Shown here: positions 18,093 through 28,237 of the stretch, one piece after another
Numbering within the stretch: position 1 is the first letter of the stretch
Layout: each line of letters starts with the position of its first letter
Source of the DNA: a virus
Length of the DNA: 64,000 nt
Virus genome (UHGV): UHGV-0010228
Reading direction: 5' to 3' (one strand)
Made by a program: the position numbers and the translations under genes
Notes under the pieces: generated by a model
What the model was told of the DNA's origin: nothing
Databases searched by the model: none
What the model saw: the letters and a program-made list of their open reading frames with translations, nothing else

Positions 18093-20516
18093 TTATTTTT
18101 TAATAGTAGATAATTTATCTTTTATACCATTCTTCGTTAAATCTTTAAACATTGAAATGTCATTTTCAGTAAGATCAAGTTTCTTTAATATTTCCTTTAC
18201 AGAATCAGTTTCTTTAATCATATCCCAGCAATAATCTGATTTTTCTCCAGGAGATGATTCTATCATAGTAAATGATTCCATTGCAGAAATATATTCATCA
18301 AATAATTGATTATAATACTGAAGATTCTCATATTTATCGTATATAGTATAACCTCTAATTTGTAATGGCATTGCTATATTAGAATATACTTTATTTTCAA
18401 TATCAGAATCCTTTGCAGTTATGAATTCAATACGGAGACCTATTGCTTTCATATATGCATTTAAAGTATCGGCAGATGAATTTCTATATGCATCTTTAAG
18501 ATTTAACTTCTTTATCTCCAATGGATCACCTTTAGACGCAAGAATCTTTCCAAATTCTTTTCTTCCTATAGGCGAAGTTCTGCCGTACACACCATATGTA
18601 GCTATTATTCTACCCGATATGGCTGGTAATAAACCATGATTCTCAGTTAATCTAACAGGAGTTTTTGCATATGAACTCCTGTTAGTTTTCTTTGCAGAAT
18701 CTTTAGCTGGCTGATTAGTTCTGTTTAAGCTACCGGTTGATCTAGCAGAAAAGTTCTTACTAGAATTCTGTTTTAGAATCATCATATATTCATAACCAAC
18801 TACAGCTTTACGCATAACTTTACGATTTTTTGTGCCAAATAAATTTATATATAACTGTACTGGTTCTATCCATGGAAATTCATCATATAAGGCAGTTATA
18901 TCTTCATATCGTAATGGGGTATGAATCATTCTTACTAAATAAAATCCATCATCTTCAATACTCTTAATAAATTTCTCTTTAGCACCAGGATTTAACATTC
19001 TAAGTTTATAGCCACTAGTTGTTTCTACAGTTTGATCATAGCTATTATATAAATTATGATAGAATGTTGCATGTTCCATATTTACCATTGATAAGAATTT
19101 AAAGATTAAATCTTCTTTTTCTTTCATATCAGTCATTACTTGCAGACGATGTTGAATTCTTTCTGCTATGAAATTCAATTCAACTTCCATCAACTGTGCA
19201 GGATTTAGCCTACGTACACTTCCTGATTGTGATAATAAAATATCAACATTTATTCGTTCTCCAGTATCGGGGTCATAGTAAAATGGCATTCTTTCATCAT
19301 CGATGACTGTGGCTGTAATATTAGGATCTAATCCTATTGCGGGTTCATCCTCATTAAATGATGCGATAACACCTTTATTTCCATAACGTCCAGTGATTTT
19401 TGAACCATGCTCAAGAGGTACTGCAGATTTAACTTTAAATTTAACTATAATGTGTTTGAATGCTTTGTCTTTATTTCTCCACTTATACTCATCATTATTA
19501 TAATTTAAATATTTATCACGATATCTGAGTATATTCATAGTGTATTTAGATTTTGAGTTCTTAATCTTATTACACCATTTGAGTACTTCATATGCATACT
19601 TACAACCAGCTTCATAATACTTCTTAAGTTGTTTATGAAATAAATTATCTGGAAATTCTTCATCACCATTATAGAATACATCTATATCATATACTATAGA
19701 GTTTTTAGATACAAAATATTCCTTATCAGTATCATATGGATGCTTTAAATTATCTGACTGAAAATCATAAATGATATGAGAATTATTAATCCTTCTACTT
19801 GCACAGATTTCAGAATTTTTAACTTTCTCACCTATATCTGGAAATACTTTATAATCATCATTATCTCCATATAGATTTAATAAGATATCATTTGTGTTTA
19901 TAGAAACTTCTACATTATCAACTTCAGTTGATAATACTTTATTAGCCCACGATCTTCTTATAGCAATTGAATCTTCTAATGTATCTGTTGATATCGAATA
20001 TAATACTCTGGCATTCTTACCAAATCTATAATTCATATTATCATCATATGACGTTGATTTATATAAGATATCATCTCTTATAAAATCTCCAACTTTTAAT
20101 GAATCCATACATTCAGTATTATACTCATAACCAAATTTCTCAGTTAAATTTTCTGCTATAGGTCTTTCGATCATATCATACGTTTTAGTTTCTGTATTAT
20201 ATAATACCAGCATATATATTCCTTTATTTTCAAATTTAGGAATTATATCTTTAACTTCCCACTCGCCAGAAAGTTCTTTATATGATTTATTGTATTTACC
20301 TATAGCATTTTCAAACCCAGATGCTAATCTAGGCACATCAGGATTTAATAAAGTGAGGCACTGTTTAATATGCGCAGTAAACATGTAGGCACGGGAAGAG
20401 TCTATATCTCTCCCCCCTGCCAGTAATGAAGGACCGAACATTTTATACATATTATCCCCACTATATTTTTCATCCATTTCCTCAAGTTTCTGTTTTAAAT
20501 GTGTGTCTATTGGCAT
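18093..20516 (-). CDS. multisubunit RNA polymerase beta subunit, C-terminal fragment (phage-encoded split RNAP)
   Basis: TGRYGNKGVIASF matches the beta motif GRHGNKGVISK. The following DILLSQSGSVRRLNPAQLMEVELN parallels [26 protein letters not shown] RBS. Confidence 0.85.
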   Translation of the reverse strand: MPIDTHLKQKLEEMDEKYSGDNMYKMFGPSLLAGGRDIDSSRAYMFTAHIKQCLTLLNPDVPRLASGFENAIGKYNKSYKELSGEWEVKDIIPKFENKGIYMLVLYNTETKTYDMIERPIAENLTEKFGYEYNTECMDSLKVGDFIRDDILYKSTSYDDNMNYRFGKNARVLYSISTDTLEDSIAIRRSWANKVLSTEVDNVEVSINTNDILLNLYGDNDDYKVFPDIGEKVKNSEICASRRINNSHIIYDFQSDNLKHPYDTDKEYFVSKNSIVYDIDVFYNGDEEFPDNLFHKQLKKYYEAGCKYAYEVLKWCNKIKNSKSKYTMNILRYRDKYLNYNNDEYKWRNKDKAFKHIIVKFKVKSAVPLEHGSKITGRYGNKGVIASFNEDEPAIGLDPNITATVIDDERMPFYYDPDTGERINVDILLSQSGSVRRLNPAQLMEVELNFIAERIQHRLQVMTDMKEKEDLIFKFLSMVNMEHATFYHNLYNSYDQTVETTSGYKLRMLNPGAKEKFIKSIEDDGFYLVRMIHTPLRYEDITALYDEFPWIEPVQLYINLFGTKNRKVMRKAVVGYEYMMILKQNSSKNFSARSTGSLNRTNQPAKDSAKKTNRSSYAKTPVRLTENHGLLPAISGRIIATYGVYGRTSPIGRKEFGKILASKGDPLEIKKLNLKDAYRNSSADTLNAYMKAIGLRIEFITAKDSDIENKVYSNIAMPLQIRGYTIYDKYENLQYYNQLFDEYISAMESFTMIESSPGEKSDYCWDMIKETDSVKEILKKLDLTENDISMFKDLTKNGIKDKLSTIKK

Positions 20517-20576
20517 TTTTATTCTCCTATTAAATAAGTATAAACGGATATATTTTTTATAGAGCGAGTAATCTAA

Positions 20577-21401
20577 TTAAGATACGAGATGATCAATGAT
20601 GCTATTATATGATGGTGGAGTAAACGATAATATTGGTGTGTAATCAACAATATCACCATTATCATCAACGTTAAACTCTATCCTAGCATAACCAAATTTG
20701 AGTAGATCACCCACACTAAGTTTTCTAGAATCGAATTCCTCGATATATTCATCAGATATATTCATCAATTCTTTCATGCTATGAAAATATACAATTCCCT
20801 TCAACTCATTTCTATCATGAATTATAATCACTGACGATTTTGCATCTTCAATTACATTTTGTATGACATTTATATAGTTCGCTTCTGAATGATATTTATT
20901 TGAATCTATAGATACTCTATGTATAGTTAATATTCTAGGGGTCACAATATTCATACATACTACTCTGTTAAAGTTCATAGAATTATTACTGTGTGAACCA
21001 TCTGAACATCTATCTGGTAATGTAATCCACAATCTAACACCATTACTATTACTTCCATAATCGCAAGAATAGTATAATGTTGGATATTCGTCATCCATTG
21101 TAGATATACCGTCATACACCCCCTCATAATAAATTTTAGGAGTATATCTTGTCATTTTTTCTTCAATTTTAATTGCATCTGAATATGCAAAACTTAAAGA
21201 TCTCCAATCATCGGCGTATGATATAAGCTCTTTGATATACTCTAAGCTAACAGAATCACCGAGGCTTCCATATAATGGGTATAAATTCATCGTATCAAGA
21301 TCAATAAGCATCTCAATTGTATCATACTTAACTAGCAATAATGAAAATCTTAAGGCTTTGGGATTATTCTGCAATTCCTTTACTGCTTCTACAAATTTCA
21401 T
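20577..21401 (-). CDS. hypothetical protein
   Basis: GGGAGGAG RBS, 274-aa ORF. Confidence 0.65.
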   Translation of the reverse strand: MKFVEAVKELQNNPKALRFSLLLVKYDTIEMLIDLDTMNLYPLYGSLGDSVSLEYIKELISYADDWRSLSFAYSDAIKIEEKMTRYTPKIYYEGVYDGISTMDDEYPTLYYSCDYGSNSNGVRLWITLPDRCSDGSHSNNSMNFNRVVCMNIVTPRILTIHRVSIDSNKYHSEANYINVIQNVIEDAKSSVIIIHDRNELKGIVYFHSMKELMNISDEYIEEFDSRKLSVGDLLKFGYARIEFNVDDNGDIVDYTPILSFTPPSYNSIIDHLVS

Positions 21402-21419
21402 TTATATATCTCCTCCCAA

Positions 21420-22631
21420 TTAATAATTAAGTGAAATGTCTCCAAATCGAATTATATTAGATTTATCTTTAGCGGATAATATTTCTGGTTGATCACTTAA
21501 TAACCCTTCTAAATATGGGCGTAAAATTGATAAGACTGCTTCTCTGAATGGTTCTTCTTCAACAAATTTACGTCTAAAATCTTTTCTATTAAACTTAAAT
21601 GTGTCTAAACCTTCAAAGTATAGATAAGGGTTTCTACCAGATATTATTCCTATCTCCTGAGCAAATTCGTATAATGTATATACTGGATCATAACCGACAT
21701 CACTAATAAATGCTACAGGGAATTTAACACCAACAGTATTCTGTTTTGATTTTGCTAATTCAAATATACATTTATAACCTTTAAATCCATTATCATCTAA
21801 AGTATATGAATCAGATTTTTTAGAATTAATTCTAATCACCCATTGACTATAAAACTGAGCGACTGATCCTCTAGGAAGTGTTTCCTGAGGACCGAGCATC
21901 ATTAATCCTCTAGGTGGTGCAGCATATGGATTCGTATCTGCTTTAGGTCTAATATGGTTTACCACAATAAATGAAATATTATAATGCCAAGCTCTATCTA
22001 AGCAATTTGTATAGAAACGAGTAACATCCTTTGCTGCTCTCATTTGATCGATATTATTACCGAGATCTTCTACATTATAATCTTTACTATTAAATGCTGG
22101 CAATGAATCAATGATAAATACTGTAGGTACATAAACCTCCATTGGTTTACCGTTAAAACTTCTATCTTCTATTTTATATTTGTAAGCATTTCCACCAGCT
22201 TCTTTTGCATTACAGATATCATTAATTAAATTCAAAACATCTTCAATCGTTGTTGCAGTTTTGATAATTTTGATTCTAGGATCATCATAATCTGCACCAG
22301 TAATCTGTATTACTCTTTGTCTTAATGCAGTTTTCTCAGTATCAATATAATACATAACACCATCTTCAAATTTTCTTATAATGCTATACCCTAACTGCAT
22401 TGCGAATGTTGATTTACCAGATCCAGTTGTACCTATTACCTGTCCAAATGTACCTCCCATTATTCCTAATGATGGTACATTTCTAACATTACCTTCTGAA
22501 TCTGTAATTGTCTGCCAAAATCCATTAGCATAATCTAATGGAAGTATTCCCGTAGGATATGTAACATATTCATCATTACCTCGGAATACTCCTTTTTTGT
22601 CTTTCGCTTCAAGATCTGATATCAGTCCCAT
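21420..22631 (-). CDS. RecA/UvsX-like recombinase (RecA-fold ATPase)
   Basis: Collinear with RecA: LPLD, Walker A GTTGSGKST, YIDTE, Walker B VFIIDSLPAF, and a QMRAAKDVTRF...ISFIVVNHIR loop region. AGGAGG RBS. Confidence 0.8.
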   Translation of the reverse strand: MGLISDLEAKDKKGVFRGNDEYVTYPTGILPLDYANGFWQTITDSEGNVRNVPSLGIMGGTFGQVIGTTGSGKSTFAMQLGYSIIRKFEDGVMYYIDTEKTALRQRVIQITGADYDDPRIKIIKTATTIEDVLNLINDICNAKEAGGNAYKYKIEDRSFNGKPMEVYVPTVFIIDSLPAFNSKDYNVEDLGNNIDQMRAAKDVTRFYTNCLDRAWHYNISFIVVNHIRPKADTNPYAAPPRGLMMLGPQETLPRGSVAQFYSQWVIRINSKKSDSYTLDDNGFKGYKCIFELAKSKQNTVGVKFPVAFISDVGYDPVYTLYEFAQEIGIISGRNPYLYFEGLDTFKFNRKDFRRKFVEEEPFREAVLSILRPYLEGLLSDQPEILSAKDKSNIIRFGDISLNY

Positions 22632-22706
22632 TTGTTTTCCTCCTTTAAATATATATTACTGCAATTGTCATTGAAATAATATATATCTAAATATTATATG
22701 CAAAAA

Positions 22707-22736
22707 ATATAGAGAAACCATTCGGTTTCTCTATAT
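22707..22736 (-). terminator. intrinsic terminator
   Basis: atatagagaaacc-attc-ggtttctctatat stem. Confidence 0.65.
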
Positions 22737-22740
22737 TATA

Positions 22741-23050
22741 CTATATCAGAAGATCTATATCACCCTCAACAGCTCTTCTTTCTAATACATTTTTATATCT
22801 TTCAAGAATTTCTAACTGTTTCATCACGGCATCTTTGCTACAAGTAGGAAGTAAATCCTGATTACTATATGATATTTCATCCCATCTATATAGCATTTTC
22901 TTTATCTGAAAATATCTATACATCACTAAATAATATTCACCAATTAATGCTTCTTCTGGTGATGATGATACGATCATTTTCGCACCACGATTAAGCCATT
23001 CATCTGTAATACCTAATGCAGTATTAATCTTATCTATTACCATTTTAATA
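22741..23050 (-). CDS. hypothetical small protein (start chosen at the ATG overlapping the upstream stop, TAAAATG)
   Basis: The ORF track shows a 164-aa ORF whose 5' part overlaps the 23045..24031 gene in another frame. Truncated here to the non-overlapping part. Confidence 0.45.
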
Positions 23051-24031
23051 TTCCTCTTCATAATTATATTTATCAATTTTATGTTTTGAATTCCTAATAG
23101 GAATTTCCTGTCTAATACCATTCTTATTTGTAGTAATATAATAATCCCCTGATCGATATCCACCTGATGACTTCTTACCCCCACCACGCTTCTGCTTCTT
23201 ATGCTTAGATTTATCATTATAGTGAGTATCATCATTTTTCATTGAAAATGCTGGTGATTTAAAAGATGTATTTGTATATTTATCTTCTCTAGCGCTATTA
23301 CCATCATTTGAAGCTTCGTTATGTTCTTTCGCTTCACGATCTTCTTTTTTCTCAAACTTAAATGTCTGCCATATTGCTTTCTTATTATCCTGATCAGGAA
23401 TATACCAATCATCCGGCTGAGTTTTACAAGTTTCACCCGTAAATTCACTATATTGTACAGCGCCGTTTTCATCAAATCTAATAGTTGTAGTTGTGCGCGT
23501 ATATCCATATTTGGAATGATCATAAGTGTCAATGTCGATTTTAATTTCATCACAATGATACTTATGCTCAGGATTAAATAATTTGAGATTTGGTTCTACT
23601 ATTAAATAGAGACACTTGAAATATTTTGAGAAATTACAATTAAATCCGGATCTTGAAGTTATCATTAAACCTTTGTATATTCTATATTTTGGATCTAATT
23701 CAATTGGCTTGATAATTCCATTAAATGGAATAGCTAAGAGATATGTATTTGTATAATCCCTATCCGAATTCTTTAATGCTGTCATTGTAAATTTAGGAAT
23801 TCCCTTTTCATCATCATATAACTTAAACTTCGTAGGAAGATCATATGACGATTCTAATATAAAATCTCCAGCATCAGAAAATTTGAAATTCATTATATCT
23901 CTACGATATTTCTTAACTTCTTTAGTTTCAAGACGCTTTTCAATATCCATAGATTCGATATAGAATACCTTATCATTTCCCTGAATAACTTCCTTAATAT
24001 TAACTAAATCCGGATTAACAATTTTAAACAT
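23045..24031 (-). CDS. hypothetical protein with Gly/Lys-rich basic C-terminus
   Basis: AAAGGAAA RBS; 328-aa ORF; KKQKRGGGKKSSGGYRSG tail. Confidence 0.65.
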   Translation of the reverse strand: MFKIVNPDLVNIKEVIQGNDKVFYIESMDIEKRLETKEVKKYRRDIMNFKFSDAGDFILESSYDLPTKFKLYDDEKGIPKFTMTALKNSDRDYTNTYLLAIPFNGIIKPIELDPKYRIYKGLMITSRSGFNCNFSKYFKCLYLIVEPNLKLFNPEHKYHCDEIKIDIDTYDHSKYGYTRTTTTIRFDENGAVQYSEFTGETCKTQPDDWYIPDQDNKKAIWQTFKFEKKEDREAKEHNEASNDGNSAREDKYTNTSFKSPAFSMKNDDTHYNDKSKHKKQKRGGGKKSSGGYRSGDYYITTNKNGIRQEIPIRNSKHKIDKYNYEEEY

Positions 24032-24283
24032 TTAATTTTCCTTTCTGGCATTGTATACCATTGATCGAATTCGATCACTCAAATAAGCACCATCAACATT
24101 AGCAAGTGCTTCAAAATACTGAGACTTAAAGAAATTCTCTAAAACTGGAACAGTTTGACCATATTCTCTTGGATGTACGTCACGTTTTTCCATTTCTAAT
24201 GCTGTAATATAATCCTCAACTGCCTGTTCAACAATAGCGGCTGCTAACATTCTATATGGTTCATCCTTGATTGGTCTTATCAT
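24032..24283 (-). CDS. hypothetical small protein
   Basis: AAGGAGA RBS; 83-aa ORF; stop overlaps the next start. Confidence 0.6.
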   Translation of the reverse strand: MIRPIKDEPYRMLAAAIVEQAVEDYITALEMEKRDVHPREYGQTVPVLENFFKSQYFEALANVDGAYLSDRIRSMVYNARKEN

Positions 24284-24302
24284 AATAATCTCCTTTAAAA
24301 AA

Positions 24303-24324
24303 TAAGGGGCAAAATATTGCCCCC
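24303..24324 (-). terminator. intrinsic terminator
   Basis: ggggcaaaatattgcccc GC-rich stem with a T-run on the minus strand. Confidence 0.7.
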
Positions 24325-24343
24325 TCAGCTATAATTATATTTT

Positions 24344-25345
24344 TTATTTTATTTTTCTAATCTCTTTAATTTTATCAGTATATGAAGATACTGATTTAAT
24401 TAAATTATTAAATCTTGATGGTAACTTAAGAATATCGACTCTTAAATCGTAAGTGTTATTCTTAAACATCGCATCTAACTTCTTAACATAGAGATCAAGC
24501 ATATGTGTTCTAACATGCTCAGGTGCTCGATCTAACTGCTCTAATGCAAAATCCGTTAACGATGTCCAGAAGAAATGTACATTATCATATCCTGGAGCAT
24601 CCTTATATTTATCTATTCTATTTACACCTTCAAGTAATATTGCTGTTGCTGTATCAGCAATATTATTCTTTCCAAATATAAATGAGAAGAATAAATACCA
24701 CTTAACTTTGCCATATGATAATCTTGCTTCATTCTGTGAAGCTTTTTCATATATATCTGCAAGTACAGCATTCAGGTAGAACTGTACTTTATTATGTGGA
24801 ATTAAATCAGTATCTGGAACCATCAACATTGCTGAATAACAAATCTCTTTAGGAAGATTTGTACTCTTGGATAATGTCTTTGCATCTCCCTTAATAATCT
24901 TCTTAGCAGTCTTCATACATTTCTCTATAAGAGGAATATACTTTTCAAGATTTTCCTTAATCTTTCTCGCCTCACTAGAAGACATTTCACCACTCTTTAA
25001 CTGATCTCTCACATCATCAGCAGTTTTATTATTTCTATCAGTTGCATGTTCTGCAATTGAATTTAAGAATACTGCCGATGATCTTGTATATTCATCATAA
25101 CCTTCATCTTCTATTATAGTTATGATCATCTTTAACACATCTGGCATTGTCAATGCATTATAAAGATCAGTAACCATATCAGCAGTGATTACAGGAATAT
25201 TTTTATCTTTATTGCGGCCATAATCAAATAACCATACATAAAGATCTTCATTATAGAAAAGATTCTTAATGAACTTTTCCTGCTTTCTCTTTGGATACTC
25301 TGCGAATTTATTAAGTTTCTTCAGAGTTTTTTCGTAGTCAAACAT
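24344..25345 (-). CDS. hypothetical protein
   Basis: Start moved to the internal ATG (MFDYEK...) preceded by AGGAGG at 8-nt spacing. Confidence 0.65.
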   Translation of the reverse strand: MFDYEKTLKKLNKFAEYPKRKQEKFIKNLFYNEDLYVWLFDYGRNKDKNIPVITADMVTDLYNALTMPDVLKMIITIIEDEGYDEYTRSSAVFLNSIAEHATDRNNKTADDVRDQLKSGEMSSSEARKIKENLEKYIPLIEKCMKTAKKIIKGDAKTLSKSTNLPKEICYSAMLMVPDTDLIPHNKVQFYLNAVLADIYEKASQNEARLSYGKVKWYLFFSFIFGKNNIADTATAILLEGVNRIDKYKDAPGYDNVHFFWTSLTDFALEQLDRAPEHVRTHMLDLYVKKLDAMFKNNTYDLRVDILKLPSRFNNLIKSVSSYTDKIKEIRKIK

Positions 25346-25418
25346 TTTATTGTCCTCCTTTAAATACAACTACAATTATGTTATTTACATTTTAATAATA
25401 TATCCATGTAGATCAAAT

Positions 25419-26048
25419 CTATAAAGTTCCAGACACTTCATGACTACCATATCCGGTTCCTATTCTATCAGAATATATATCAAAATGAAGTTTTAATACT
25501 TTCTTAATTGGTTTTGGTTCATCATCGGCATCTTTAAACATATTTAAACTGATTGTAAATGGAGTATCAATACTAAAATATGCTTTTGGATACTTTGCTT
25601 TTACAGCACCCTTAATTGCTGCTATAAACCAATTATATGATGAATTATAATCTTCATTATCATAGTACTCAAATATAGTACTTGTATATGATATTAATTG
25701 CTTATGTGGATTAACTGAATATTTTACATTACCAAATACTGGATTACACATTTCGCGTATTTTAGAATATTGCTTTGTATGAATAAACTCTAAGATAATA
25801 CTTTCAGTGAAATCTTTAGCATTGATAAATTCGCTGGCATTATCATTTGCAATAGTTGAAACTGATTTTGTATATTCAGCAGCAGCCTGTTTAAGAGCTT
25901 CTTGTGCTTTAGCTCTCCGAGCTTTTTCCTCTTCTTCTTTAGCTCGTTTAGCTTCAGCCTTAGCCCTTCTTTCAGCTCTAGCTTCTTTACTAAAATATGC
26001 TTTAATTCGTTCAACTACCCAATTGATAGCTCTAAATATAATATTCAT
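25419..26048 (-). CDS. hypothetical protein with highly charged E/R/K/A-rich N-terminal helix
   Basis: GGAGGTGG RBS. N-terminus ERRAKAEAKRAKEEEEKARRAKAQEALKQAAAE. Locally GC-richer codons. Confidence 0.65.
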   Translation of the reverse strand: MNIIFRAINWVVERIKAYFSKEARAERRAKAEAKRAKEEEEKARRAKAQEALKQAAAEYTKSVSTIANDNASEFINAKDFTESIILEFIHTKQYSKIREMCNPVFGNVKYSVNPHKQLISYTSTIFEYYDNEDYNSSYNWFIAAIKGAVKAKYPKAYFSIDTPFTISLNMFKDADDEPKPIKKVLKLHFDIYSDRIGTGYGSHEVSGTL

Positions 26049-26160
26049 TATTCCACCTCCTTTCTATTTAATAGAAAGATATAACTTATATTTTTTCATA
26101 TAGCATTACTACATTCTCGTGCTCACCTGAATAATATATCGTTATATAATAAAAAGAAAT

Positions 26161-26198
26161 AAAATACAAGATTAGGTTAAACCTAATCTTGTATTTTA
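26161..26198. terminator. intrinsic terminator
   Basis: aaaatacaagattaggtt-aa-acctaatcttgtatttt perfect 18-bp stem. Confidence 0.7.
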
Positions 26199-26214
26199 TT
26201 GTTGAATAAAGACA

Positions 26215-27429
26215 TTATTTAAAGAAGGTGTCTAAGACATTCTGTTTTGCATCTAACGTATCTTCAGCATCACTCATTAATCTAGAATTTGTTGAAGTTT
26301 TCTTTATGAAATCAAATTCGTTTACATCATTTGCTAAATTGATTTCTTTCTGTCGTTTAATTCTTTCTTCAGCTTCCTTAATAACTTCTTTGCATTTTAA
26401 TAATCTTGCATATGGAAGATTCATTCCTGAAAGAATTAAAATAAACTGTCCTAATGTAGTGTTACTTATAGAATAGTTTTCAAATATAGCTAATGGGGTA
26501 CCGATATAATCGGTAAGTTCAGAATAGTTACCAGATTTGGTAGCTTCAGCCATTTCTTCTGGACAATTGACAATAACACCCATCTGCTTAACAATACTAT
26601 CACGATTCATATCTGCCGCTGGTGATCTTCTTATCTTATCGATCATATACTTCTGTATTGAAGCTTTATCAACCTGCTCCTGAGTGACTTTATCTATCAT
26701 ATATACTGCACCGTAACCAGGTTCGCCAACAATAACTCTCATATCATTCTCATCTATCATGCCATTTTTAGATGCATTAAGATATTTACCAGCGATAGTA
26801 TTGATTGATGTTATAATATTATCAGCAACACCTGCATACGCAATATCATTTGAATCTTCTTCATAATACGATAAATCTGCAAGCATATATGATACACCTT
26901 TAATTTCACTTATTTCATTAATACAGTCTAATGTATTATACTGTGCCTGAATACTATCTGAAAGTTTAGGGAGTATCCCATAATACTTTATTATCTTAGA
27001 TGGATACATCTGTGTTAATAAAGATACGACAACTGGCGATATTCCAGATCCTGTACCTCCAGCAGTACTAGACACTACAAATACAATATCTGCACTTTCT
27101 ATAATCTTTGAGAATTCTGCATTAGTAAATAATTCTTTGCCATTATAATTGAAGATCTTCTTAGCATATTCTCTATTCTTACCTGCACCTCTTGCCTCTT
27201 TACCAGCAATAAATGAAGGTATATGTTCATTAACTACAGTATCATTTAAATCTTTTAATGATGAATTAATTGCAAATACACTATATCCTTCTCTATATGC
27301 TCTTGCAACTATTTGATTACCAGCATTTCCAATACCTATAACTGCAATTGACAATTTAACTTTATTTTCAAGATTTTCTCTTACATCAAGTATTGGACTG
27401 GCAGTTTTTATGTTATCTTCATATTCCAT
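26215..27429 (-). CDS. tubulin/FtsZ-superfamily GTPase (PhuZ/TubZ-like phage tubulin)
   Basis: T1-like loop IGIGNAGNQI near the N-terminus and tubulin signature VVSSTAGGTGSGISP (GGGTGSG with one substitution). 404 aa. GGAGG RBS. Confidence 0.8.
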   Translation of the reverse strand: MEYEDNIKTASPILDVRENLENKVKLSIAVIGIGNAGNQIVARAYREGYSVFAINSSLKDLNDTVVNEHIPSFIAGKEARGAGKNREYAKKIFNYNGKELFTNAEFSKIIESADIVFVVSSTAGGTGSGISPVVVSLLTQMYPSKIIKYYGILPKLSDSIQAQYNTLDCINEISEIKGVSYMLADLSYYEEDSNDIAYAGVADNIITSINTIAGKYLNASKNGMIDENDMRVIVGEPGYGAVYMIDKVTQEQVDKASIQKYMIDKIRRSPAADMNRDSIVKQMGVIVNCPEEMAEATKSGNYSELTDYIGTPLAIFENYSISNTTLGQFILILSGMNLPYARLLKCKEVIKEAEERIKRQKEINLANDVNEFDFIKKTSTNSRLMSDAEDTLDAKQNVLDTFFK

Positions 27430-27456
27430 TATTTAATACCTCCAAAATAATAAATA

Positions 27457-27486
27457 AAGACAATAACTTGATTAGGTCATTGTCTT
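27457..27486 (-). terminator. weak hairpin / possible terminator
   Basis: aagacaat...attgtctt 8-bp stem with a long loop. Confidence 0.3.
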
Positions 27487-27496
27487 ATAAACTATA

Positions 27497-28237
27497 TTAT
27501 TTTACTTTATCATTACCTCTAGGACCATTAATTTCTCCAAGATCAGTAATGAGATTTGTAGAAATACCTTGCATTGCAAAATATACATCTAATGTATTAA
27601 GAGCGACCTTATTATATGGATCATTATCTAAATCCTGAAGGCTTACATAACCATCTTTAGATATACTCTTATACATTTCAGCTTTAGCCTTAGTATCATC
27701 TGCTCTAGGTCCCATAAATTCTTTTAATGCATTATCAGCACCTAATGCTATAAGTGAATAAGTTTCAGTATCAGTATTTCTAGCATTCTTATCATGTCCA
27801 GTTACCTGACCAGTTAATGAACTTCTAGATTCAATTTCAATAGAACCTGCAGATTTCTTTAATAATGTCTGAGGCATTCGTTTCTCATGAATATATCCAA
27901 CTGGAACTGGGGTTGGAGTAACTGTCACTACATTAGGATCTTCACTATTATATGGTAATGCAACTCGTTCATATAATGGAACTTTCATAAATTTAGCACA
28001 GTTTTCTAAATCCTTCATTGTAAATACTCTTTCAAATTCTATTATCTCTAAATAGAATTGGGCATTATCATCATTAAAGAATTCCCTTATATGTCTATCA
28101 AATTCTTGATCAGTCATTTTATCATATTTCTCATGATATATCTTCGAATTATCACCAGTTGGATCTAATAGGTCCATAACCGAGGTTAAATAATTCATAA
28201 ATTCTTTACGCTTTTGTGCGATTGACTTCACTACCAT
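27497..28237 (-). CDS. hypothetical protein
   Basis: Start moved to the ATG (MVVKSIAQ...) preceded by GGAGGTG. Confidence 0.65.
   Translation of the reverse strand: MVVKSIAQKRKEFMNYLTSVMDLLDPTGDNSKIYHEKYDKMTDQEFDRHIREFFNDDNAQFYLEIIEFERVFTMKDLENCAKFMKVPLYERVALPYNSEDPNVVTVTPTPVPVGYIHEKRMPQTLLKKSAGSIEIESRSSLTGQVTGHDKNARNTDTETYSLIALGADNALKEFMGPRADDTKAKAEMYKSISKDGYVSLQDLDNDPYNKVALNTLDVYFAMQGISTNLITDLGEINGPRGNDKVK

Noticed and set aside
23239-23581. ORFs 23239..23553 (-) and 23321..23581 (+) overlapping the 23045..24031 gene
   Set aside because: Alternative frames or antisense of a longer RBS-supported ORF. No independent RBS.
25790-26103. ORFs 25790..26014 (-), 25807..26103 (+) and 25902..26084 (+) over the charged N-terminal region of 25419..26048
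   Set aside because: Generated by the repetitive GAA/GCT/AAG-rich coding sequence of an ER/K-rich helix, which is open in several frames. Only the RBS-preceded frame is kept.
26215-27429. Considered calling the tubulin homolog a TubZ plasmid-partition module
   Set aside because: No small TubR-like DNA-binding gene directly upstream and no obvious iterated centromere repeats nearby. Left as PhuZ/TubZ-like.
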